A stretch of 32,000 nt of DNA, taken from positions 270,001 to 302,000 of the forward strand of contig NZ_LT934425.1 in assembly GCF_900232105.1 (NCBI RefSeq). Reading direction: 5' to 3'. The notes under the pieces are model-generated. The model did not search any database and was not told where the DNA came from. It saw only the letters and a program-made list of their open reading frames with translations. Below are positions 24,904 to 32,000 of the stretch, in pieces (position 1 is the stretch's first letter; each line of letters opens with the position of its first letter). The position numbers were made by a program, and so were the translations under genes. The stretch is from Candidatus Kuenenia stuttgartensis. Lineage in GTDB: Bacteria; Planctomycetota; Brocadiia; Brocadiales; Brocadiaceae.

Positions 24904-25201
24904 GACTTACACCTCCTATGAAAAAAACATCAAAAAAACCAGCTGTCGACAGCTATAGTTTGTTCTGAAACAAAACAGCTATAGAAAACCCTCTTTAATC
25001 AGGCTGTTTTAAATATCTGTTTAATGAAAAATTGCTCAAAAAAATTTATGAAAAGATACCAAATGGATAACAGGAATATAATATAACAAAACAAAAGAAA
25101 TTGTCAATATGCCCATATGGGTCGGCCTTTATGAATGCCCCCGTTTGGGTGTATTGGTTTTTATAAGCTACTATATAGAAAAACTATCAATTAGCCTTAT
25201 T

Positions 25202-25381
25202 GTAACACTTTATTTTTTTGAAAAATTCCAATAATGTAGTGCGACGAGGTTCGTCGCACTACAAATGACAATTTCCAGATCTTTTGTGCCAATATCTGCT
25301 ATTGTACCCTATCTTGCTACAAACAGGTTGCTCCTATGGTGTTTATAGGAAATACGTTTTTCAAAAGACTAAAAGTGTTAC
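25202..25381. repeat. MITE-like element B (180 bp), same TIR family as element A, different internal hairpin
   Basis: The TIRs are GTAACACTTTATTTTTTTGAAAAA at 25202-25225 and TTTTTCAAAAGACTAAAAGTGTTAC at 25357-25381. The internal stem is 13 bp, TGTAGTGCGACGA/TCGTCGCACTACA, at 25235-25263. Confidence 0.7.
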
Positions 25382-25395
25382 GTAAGTTCTCTTTT

Positions 25396-25480
25396 GTAAA
25401 CATTTTCACTACGTTCAGCAGTTTCCAGACGCATACAATGCGTCTCTACTACAAAAATATTGAAATTCCCAAACGTTAAC
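25396..25480. repeat. Degenerate short copy of the same repeat family
   Basis: The GTAAACATTTTCAC left end and the ..TATTGAAATTCCCAAACGTTAAC right end resemble the family termini. An 8-bp hairpin, AGACGCAT/ATGCGTCT, lies at 25427-25445. Confidence 0.4.
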
Positions 25481-25629
25481 TTATCGTTCCCGGCGGGTTC
25501 AGGTTGCAAACCAATGTCATTAAGTTAAGGATGCATTCCTGATTTTTTCTGACTCACGCCAGTTTTAAATAAAACATTACAGTAAGTTAACCCTGACAGA
25601 GTTGTCTCGTCCTGACCCCATTGCTATGC

Positions 25630-25839
25630 TTAACAAAAATATGAATTTAAAACATACTGCAGAACCATCCTGTGCGTATTAAAAAATGAGGCATTAATCG
25701 CTATTGAATGCTTCATTATATCAATCCATTTATCTTTATCATTATAAAACATCGGGACAATGACCGTCTCCAGTTTTTCATACATTCCCTCTATTTCGGT
25801 TTTCACGTCATCATTGATATCCGAAGCTTGTTTCCCTAG
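25630..25839 (-). pseudogene. glgP: 3' fragment (about 69 codons) of the IS-disrupted alpha-glucan phosphorylase
   Basis: (L)GKQASD...VIVPMFYNDKDKWIDIMKHSI...FNTHRMVLQY is a typical GT35 C-terminus. The first 12 residues of the ORF-track protein are encoded by the IS inverted repeat. Confidence 0.8.
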
Positions 25840-27847
25840 CGTGAGTTTATCACAAAATAAGGCATGAAGCAACGTAACATAAATACAGTCAATGCGTTAA
25901 GCACAACATCAATTGTATACACTGAGTCCTTGAAGTTTCAGCCGATGTTTGTGGAAATCCATAATGCCTAACGCATTCATCAACAGAGATTCCTTGTCGG
26001 ACATTTCTTCCAATTTGTAGGTAGCCTTAACTCTCCCTCTGGCCTTTGTTTCTTCAAGCATAGCAGAAAGCCTTATATTATTAAGGGTGTCTAACAGGGT
26101 ATCTAACGTTCCACTAAATTGTGCGTGCGCTTTTGCCTGATACCACACAATCGCCGCCATTAGGTATCCGAGGACGCAAATAAAAAAATGCACCCTGATT
26201 TTCTGATCCGTCCAGTGAAATTGCGGTTTTAAAGCAAGGTGATAGGGGTTCTTGAGATTTCTAAAGGCATGTTCAATTTTTGATTGCCCATAGTAGGCTT
26301 TTATAATGTCCGCGGTATCCCAATCGTGATGGTCTGTCATAAGAATCCTGAACCCCAGTTCCCCTTCTATTTCTTCGAGCTTTTTCTGGTCGATTGAAAA
26401 ATTCAATTGAAACTTGCCTTCAGATACCTCTTTTAACGACCAATCGATAACATCCTTCGCAAATTGACATTTCACTACACTTCTTATCGTATCCTCCAGA
26501 CCCTCTTTGTCCCGCATCTTTCCCTTTGGATTACACAGATGCTGCTGTAAGAGCTTTAACTGATGTTCTGCCTTTTCCAGAGACTGAGACATTCCCCTTA
26601 ATTGCCCAACCTTTAATTTCTCGGAAATAAATACGACAACGGTTCTTTCCTGCCCCCAAATAACCCGTTTGTCATGGTACACCTGTATCTTACTGCCGTC
26701 AACGTCATATTCCCTGAAATTACACATGGCATCCCCTACCAACTGCTTGTGATGATACGGTGTAAGCGCTCCAACGTAATGCAATGCCAATCTCTCTACA
26801 ATAGCCATATTGTCCATGGAATTGTTTCCACGATCAAAAACAATAGTGTGCTTTTTGCTGTCGAAACCTAATCCGGTCATCCTGTCTTTTATCGTCTCAA
26901 GAACCGCGCTGAACACCTTTGCATCCGCCATGTTCCCCTGATAGGTATGGTGAAACAACGGTATCATGTCGTTACGTGTAACGACCATCGCCAACCCGAC
27001 CTGCCTGAGATCGTATCGCTTTTGTTTGTTTTTCCCCCGCCGGGCAATAGTGCATCGCAGATTAGTTGTGTCGATATACGTGAAAAAATTGGTTGTATCA
27101 AAAAACAGTGTGTCGCTTTGAAGGTTGTATGTTTTAAATGTCTTTTCAATTAATTCGCGCTCGATTTCTGCAATGGATTCTTCAGGAAGTGCATCCATCA
27201 AATCCCAGAAATGCTGACTGTCTATTTTACTCAAGCTGTGTCTGAGTAAGTATTCGGCAGTAGTCGTCTTTGCCCAATCCCACCATCCTCTTTTGCTGGT
27301 AGGCACACACACTCTCCCCACGGCACCCAACAAGAGGGTACTTCCGGCGGTCAGATTATTTCGAACAGGTTTTTTAGCACAATACTGCCGTGGCGACTTT
27401 ATATATTTATTAATCACGGAAGGGACGTCCAGGGCATTGGCCACACTTAGCAATGCGGCTACCGCGCCATGTGAATAAGATTTGAGCCGTAATTTTTCGG
27501 TAAGACCTTGCAGTTGTTTTAATAAATCGTCTGCCTTGCCAAGATAGGCCAGGACGATGGGCCTGGGCTTGCCGTTAACGCGCCGCGATTCGACAATATA
27601 CCAATATTTATAACCTCTGGAGTTTTTAGATTGAATGGTAGCCATGGCTATTAGTTGTTAGTGTATACGTAATAGATTAATACTCCGTGTATAATAGTAT
27701 ATACAGGCATATAATGCAATATAAATATAGTATTATTCAGTGTATACATAATTTTTTAGACAAAAAAAGTCGCAACCCGATACAAATCATTGGATTGCAA
27801 CTTGATGTCTTTGTCTTACACCTTATTTCGTGATAAACTCACGCTAG
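25836..27847 (-). mobile_element. IS4-superfamily (IS1634-like) insertion sequence, about 2.0 kb, inserted in glgP
   Basis: The 27-bp terminal inverted repeats are CTAGCGTGAGTTTATCACAAAATAAGG at 25836-25862 and its complement at 27821-27847 (26/27). CTAG is present at both junctions. A single transposase ORF lies inside. Confidence 0.85.
25909..27645 (-). CDS. DDE transposase, IS1634/IS4 type
   Basis: The protein is 578 aa. The N-terminus is KYWYIVESRRVNGKPRPIVLAYLGK. DDE-region motifs seen: FFDTTNFFTY, VFDRGNNS and YYGQSKIEHAFRNLK (Y-x2-Q-x3-E-x6-K). Confidence 0.85.
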   Translation of the reverse strand: MATIQSKNSRGYKYWYIVESRRVNGKPRPIVLAYLGKADDLLKQLQGLTEKLRLKSYSHGAVAALLSVANALDVPSVINKYIKSPRQYCAKKPVRNNLTAGSTLLLGAVGRVCVPTSKRGWWDWAKTTTAEYLLRHSLSKIDSQHFWDLMDALPEESIAEIERELIEKTFKTYNLQSDTLFFDTTNFFTYIDTTNLRCTIARRGKNKQKRYDLRQVGLAMVVTRNDMIPLFHHTYQGNMADAKVFSAVLETIKDRMTGLGFDSKKHTIVFDRGNNSMDNMAIVERLALHYVGALTPYHHKQLVGDAMCNFREYDVDGSKIQVYHDKRVIWGQERTVVVFISEKLKVGQLRGMSQSLEKAEHQLKLLQQHLCNPKGKMRDKEGLEDTIRSVVKCQFAKDVIDWSLKEVSEGKFQLNFSIDQKKLEEIEGELGFRILMTDHHDWDTADIIKAYYGQSKIEHAFRNLKNPYHLALKPQFHWTDQKIRVHFFICVLGYLMAAIVWYQAKAHAQFSGTLDTLLDTLNNIRLSAMLEETKARGRVKATYKLEEMSDKESLLMNALGIMDFHKHRLKLQGLSVYN

Positions 27848-29473
27848 AGACCAGCCGGTTCTCCCCTCAATATGCCCTTCAACCCACCAGCCATCCAATA
27901 CACTGAAACTGGGGACGCCGTTATGTGCTGCCTTCATACCGGAAGTACCGGATGCCTCATTTGGTCTCTGCGGGGTATTTAACCAGAGGTCTACCCCTGA
28001 GGTTAACATCTTTCCCATATCTATGTCATAATTTTCCAAATATATTATTTTTACCTGCCCCTTCAATTGTCTTATGCTTGAAAAAATCCTCTTAATCAAC
28101 TCTTTACCAGGCAAATCCTGCGGGTGTGCTTTGCCTGCAAAAACAAATTGTATGTTACCAACCTCCTGCGAAATAGTTTTCAGCCTGTTTACATCAGAAA
28201 AGATCATATCCGCTCTCTTATACAGGGTTGCACGTCTGGCAAATCCGATGGTAAATACATCGTAATGAAAGCCTGCATTTGCTTCTTTATTTATATAATC
28301 AATAAGTATCTTCTTTGCCTTCATGTGTGCCTGCCATATTTCGATTTTTGGAATACTTAAGGCGTATCTCAGACTGAAAGAATCGTTTCTCCACCCTGAT
28401 ATATATTTACTATACAACTCCTTAAAACTATCACATGTCCAGGTATTCGAATGTACTCCATTCGTTATAGAATCGATGGAATATCCCGGGAACATTGATT
28501 TAGATACTTCGCCATGCTTTTTTGCAACACCATTGATATATTTACTTAAGTTCAAGGCAAGTAATGTCAAATTTAACCTCTCTTCTCCACCAAGCATCTT
28601 CATAATATCAAAAGGCATATAGTCCCCTAAAACACCCTTTACCAAATCATAGGAAAACTGGTCGTGTCCTGCCGGCACCGGAGTGTGTGTGGTAAATACA
28701 CAGAGGTTCCTTACCTCATCGAATTTCCATATTGTTTCATCCTCTGTTCTCCGCATTCTTAATAATTCCAATGTTAATAAGCTTGCATGACCTTCATTCA
28801 TATGATATTTCCTTATTTTTGAATGGCCTAAATCATGCAACATCCGCAAACCACCTATTCCCAAAATGATTTCCTGAGCAAACCGGTACTTCAGATCTCC
28901 TCCATACAGATAATCATTCAGTCCCCTGTCATATTCACTATTTTCTTCAAGGTTTGTATCTAAAAATATGACCGGCACACGGTGGCCGGTTATGCCAATG
29001 ACCTCATATTGCAAGGCACGAATAAAGACTGTCCTGTTTTCTATCCTTACACTGACCCTGTTCGTCAAAGGAGTAATGAAATCTTCGGGATACCATTGAA
29101 CAGGCATTTCTTTCTGATTCCCAAGAGTATCTAGTTTTTGATAGAAATACCCTTTCTCGTATAATAGGGTAACCACTACCATAGGCACTTTCAGATCAGC
29201 ACAAGACCTTATGGTATCCCCTGCCAGTACGCCCAATCCCCCGCTATAGGTGGGAATATGAGATTCAATACCAACTTCCATGGAAAAGTATGCAATCTTT
29301 CTTTCCTGCTTTTCGCCTAAAGGAATGAATATGTCTCTTTGATTTAAATATTGTTCAGGAAATTTCTTGAACTCGTCTCTACATAACTCCGAGCAAAAAC
29401 AAAATTTCTGATCTTTATATTCATATGCGATCTCTTTTTTTGCTGACATACCACAAACCGGGTCTTTCATCAT
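27844..29473 (-). pseudogene. glgP: 5' part (about 543 codons) of alpha-glucan (glycogen/maltodextrin) phosphorylase with an N-terminal YHS domain, truncated by the IS
   Basis: The YHS motif is DPVCGM...FCFCSELCRDEF. GT35 motifs include the PLP-lysine region EASGTSGMKAAHNGV. The reading frame runs into the IS repeat and stops at 27839-27841. Confidence 0.85.
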
Positions 29474-29519
29474 CCTTCACCTTTTAAAAAGTTTACTTTC
29501 TTATAACACATCCCAGCCC

Positions 29520-29661
29520 CCTCTTTTTAGAGTGGAGATAAAAAGTCCCTTCTAAAAAGAGGAGACTTAGGGGTGTGTTTTAACACTAAAATGCCCCCTT
29601 GCTCTATAAAACCAGAAATCCTTAATTTTATTGAGTTTTTACAAAAAACTAAAGTGTTACA
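29520..29661. repeat. Hairpin plus one family-type terminus in the glgP leader (partial MITE-like copy C)
   Basis: A 12-bp perfect stem pairs CCTCTTTTTAGA (29520-29531) with TCTAAAAAGAGG (29551-29562). TTTTTACAAAAAACTAAAGTGTTAC at 29637-29661 matches the family TIR with one inserted base. No convincing opposite TIR was found. Confidence 0.45.
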
Positions 29662-29788
29662 AAAAATTAAAAGGACAATACAATAACACCTTTGTAAATT
29701 TTTCATCTTCTCGTGTATTTTGGGTAAAAATGTTTTTTGACTTCCTCAAAAAAAACCCCTTATAACACCCAATGTCATTGTCCTTACT

Positions 29789-30340
29789 CTATTTTTCTGT
29801 CTTCTTTTGTTCATTTTTACAAAGAGGGCAGGTCAAAAAGTCTATATCACATTCATCACAATGCTGGAGAGTCCATTCCTGTGTCTTTTTCTTGCAATCA
29901 GGGCATTTCATCTCCCACTTGGAAAATGCTTTGGCTTTGACATGTCTGGACTTTACTATTTTACATTTAGGACATTTTGCCTCTTTCGTTTCTGCTTTCA
30001 ACTTTGCGGATTCCGCCTTGCACATTACACAAACCAACGCATCTTTGTCACATTCATCACAATGATGAACGTCAAATTCCGATACTTCTTTTTTGCAATC
30101 AGGGCACACCATGCCCATCGGAGCAACTGTTTTCCCTTTCATTGGCCCTAAATGCCCTTTTTTACAAGAGGGACACATCGGTAGTTCAATGGTCTCCGGT
30201 ATCTGACGTTCCTGTGCCAGTGGTTTTACACTATGTTTAAATGTTTCTTCTTCCGAATACGCATAATTATTGCCCCATAAAACTGCGGAAAATATCACCG
30301 CACTAAAAAAAACCGGTATTGACAACTTTTTGTTTTTCAT
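29789..30340 (-). CDS. Exported Cys-rich protein: two tandem 67-aa modules, each with four CxxC pairs (16 Cys in total)
   Basis: GGAG RBS is present. The signal peptide is MKNKKLSIPVFFSAVIFSAVLWGNNYAYS. The Cys residues are at 56/59, 79/82, 94/97, 104/107 and at 123/126, 146/149, 161/164, 171/174, so the spacing is identical with a 67-residue offset. Confidence 0.7.
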   Translation of the reverse strand: MKNKKLSIPVFFSAVIFSAVLWGNNYAYSEEETFKHSVKPLAQERQIPETIELPMCPSCKKGHLGPMKGKTVAPMGMVCPDCKKEVSEFDVHHCDECDKDALVCVMCKAESAKLKAETKEAKCPKCKIVKSRHVKAKAFSKWEMKCPDCKKKTQEWTLQHCDECDIDFLTCPLCKNEQKKTEK

Positions 30341-30581
30341 TGCTATCTACTCCTTTGTTTTTATATAAAACGCAACAAATAAAAAATGAATCTTCGTATT
30401 TACTCCAGACTTCCCCCCCTTTCCGTTAAAAATTCAGCATTTAAAAAAACAGATAACAGTTCAGTCTACCGCAGAGAACGCTGCGATCGCAGAGGTTTTA
30501 AGGAGATAAAAACAGAAAATTATGCAGGTACACATTGTATTTGTTTTCTCCGCGTCCTCTGCGGTGAACTATTACAAAATA

Positions 30582-30723
30582 GGGTGCATTCCCGATTGTT
30601 TGTAAGCGTTCATGGAGTCGGGGCAAAACAACCCTGACAGGGTTTGAAACCCTGTCAGGGTTGACACTACTGCAACGTTTTATTGAAACATGGCAGAAAT
30701 CACAAAAAATCGGGAATACACCC
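30582..30723. repeat. MITE-like element D (142 bp): 16-bp TIRs plus a central 16-bp perfect hairpin
   Basis: The TIRs are GGGTGCATTCCCGATT at 30582-30597 and AATCGGGAATACACCC at 30708-30723 (15/16). The central hairpin at 30629-30663 is built on AACCCTGACAGGGTT/AACCCTGTCAGGGTT (a 16-bp stem counting the flanking C-G pair). It is followed by CACTAC...TTATTGAAA, as in elements A and B. Confidence 0.6.
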
Positions 30724-31022
30724 CAAAAATAGAATGTTTCCTGACACCATGCCACGATTTTCCAGGTTCATACCTTCTGTATCGTTTAACGTCTCAATAT
30801 TTCATTCTATTTTAAATATTTAATATATATGAATCTTATGCTAGGGAAATCGTTGATTAATATCAAGAAGAAACTTAACTACCAACAAAATTACATGCCT
30901 TTGTTTTCAAAACAAACATAGTGTATTTTACACCATTTAAACTATGTGAATACTGCTATTTATGGGTTTCATTTCATTCAACCTAACCCACACCTACTGG
31001 AGTAGGACTTATTTGTAAGTAA

Positions 31023-32000
31023 TTATTCAATTACCCGCCAGGCTACAGTACCTTCCTGTTGTTGATACCAGCCAGGGTCATCGTAGCTGGTAATGTCATC
31101 GCGAACCTTTAACACGGTAAACATACCGCCCATTTCGACTGGTCCAAACGGCCCTTTTCCTGTCATCATGGGTAGTGTATTTTTTGGCAAGGGCATGTTC
31201 ATCACTGCCATCCCGGACATGCCGCTCTCACCCATGGCCATATAATCCGGCAGCAGGTTTTGTATTTTCCGTTCCACTCCACTCTGATTTACACCGATCA
31301 TGTTTGGTACGTCATGCTTCATGGCGTTCATAACGTGGTGGTTCTTGTGGCAATGCAAAGCCCAGTCCCCCGGAGCATTTGCCACAAATTGTATGTCACG
31401 CGTAGTACCTGGTGGAACGTTAACCGTGGTTTCAGGCCATTGACCCGAGGCTGGAATGCGCCCTCCATCCGTACCGGTAATCTTAAAATTATAGCCGTGC
31501 AGGTGGATCGGGTGGGAGTCCATGCTCAGATTGGCGACTCTGATTCTCACCCTGTCTCCCAAACGGACTACCAATGGCGCCGTGCCAGGGAACACACGAC
31601 TGTTGAATGTGAAGAGGTTAAAGTCGGTCATGATGTTTGGATTCGGAGTACTTGTGCCGGGTTCGACAAACCATTCCTGAAGAAAGATACAGAAGTCCCG
31701 GTCGATCCTGGGCTGTTCTGGTTCTTTTGGGTGTATAATGAAAAAACCTTCCATCCCCATTGCCATCTGCACCATCTCGTCCGCATGCGGGTGATACATC
31801 TGTGTACCATGCTGACGGAGCGTAAATTCATAGACATAGGTCTCGCCCGGTTTGATTTGCGGCTGGTTCAATCCCCCGACGCCATCCATACCATTGGGCA
31901 GGAGTACGCCGTGCCAGTGGATCGTGGTATGTTCTGCAAGCTTGTTGGTGACTAAGATACGCACACGGTCACCTTCCACCGCTTCGATGGTAGGGCCTGG
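31023..32000 (-). CDS. Multicopper oxidase (CopA/laccase-like, apparently two-domain) with a Met-rich C-terminal segment; 5' end outside the window
   Basis: Copper-ligand motifs seen: HWHG, MYHPH, HPIHLHG and HCHKNHHVMNAM. The frame stays open to position 32000 (PGPTIEAVEGDRVRI). There are 10 Met in residues encoded by 31122-31241. Confidence 0.85.
   Translation of the reverse strand, partial: PGPTIEAVEGDRVRILVTNKLAEHTTIHWHGVLLPNGMDGVGGLNQPQIKPGETYVYEFTLRQHGTQMYHPHADEMVQMAMGMEGFFIIHPKEPEQPRIDRDFCIFLQEWFVEPGTSTPNPNIMTDFNLFTFNSRVFPGTAPLVVRLGDRVRIRVANLSMDSHPIHLHGYNFKITGTDGGRIPASGQWPETTVNVPPGTTRDIQFVANAPGDWALHCHKNHHVMNAMKHDVPNMIGVNQSGVERKIQNLLPDYMAMGESGMSGMAVMNMPLPKNTLPMMTGKGPFGPVEMGGMFTVLKVRDDITSYDDPGWYQQQEGTVAWRVIE

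Noticed and set aside
25630-25872. 80-aa ORF as an independent gene
   Set aside because: Its TTG start and first 12 residues are encoded by the IS terminal repeat. The remainder is the C-terminus of the disrupted phosphorylase.
29772-30240. Three + strand ORFs (29772-30065, 29807-30151 and 29977-30240)
   Set aside because: They are antisense shadows of the Cys-rich gene, which has an RBS, a signal peptide and a precise internal duplication.
20596-30723. Whether the recurring hairpin repeats constitute a CRISPR array
   Set aside because: The copies are kilobases apart, are bounded by inverted rather than direct repeats, and lack regular repeat-spacer periodicity. No cas genes were seen.
30386-30755. 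ORFs 30386-30637 (+) and 30498-30755 (-)
   Set aside because: They traverse the inverted-repeat element D and neighbouring repeats. They have no RBS and a repeat-driven composition.
31260-31955. 231-aa + strand ORF
   Set aside because: It is antisense to the multicopper oxidase, which carries all four copper-ligand motifs.

Overview
This is a 32 kb bacterial chromosomal window, roughly 40% GC by eye. The gene content would fit a Planctomycetota/anammox-like genome, but the taxon cannot be verified without a search. All functional calls come from motif recognition by eye; no database search or folding computation was possible.

Layout:
- (i) 1 to about 8.65 kb: the right-hand part of an integrative mobile element. 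It carries a wHTH protein, two RHH regulators, a frameshift-split Prim-Pol/PriCT/D5-type primase-helicase, an excisionase-like HTH, a basic HTH protein, an orphan D12 adenine methylase, an opposite-strand three-gene membrane module and a terminal tyrosine integrase.
- (ii) 8.8-12.2 kb: housekeeping genes hom, an iPGM-like enzyme and gpmA.
- (iii) 12.2-17.7 kb: a minus-strand cluster of Uma2 nuclease, an FNT channel, a sigma-54 response regulator, a tandem-repeat lipoprotein and a sensor kinase.
- (iv) 17.9-23.7 kb: a sulfotransferase, rnpA-yidD, a TPR lipoprotein and a double M16 peptidase.
- (v) 23.7-30.8 kb: a repeat-rich accessory stretch. It holds cytochrome c', several MITE-like hairpin elements, an IS4/IS1634-type IS that cleanly splits a YHS-fused alpha-glucan phosphorylase, and a secreted 16-Cys duplicated-module protein.
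- (vi) 31-32 kb: a Met-rich multicopper oxidase whose 5' end lies outside the window.

No rRNA, tRNA or CRISPR array was seen.

Best candidates for an undescribed system:
- the integrase-proximal membrane trio at 6067-7167, as cargo of a satellite-like element;
- the kinase / coiled-coil lipoprotein / sigma-54 regulator / FNT cluster, in which the FNT has Gln at the central pore His;
- the exported 2 x 8-Cys protein sitting between a copper oxidase and a YHS-domain phosphorylase.
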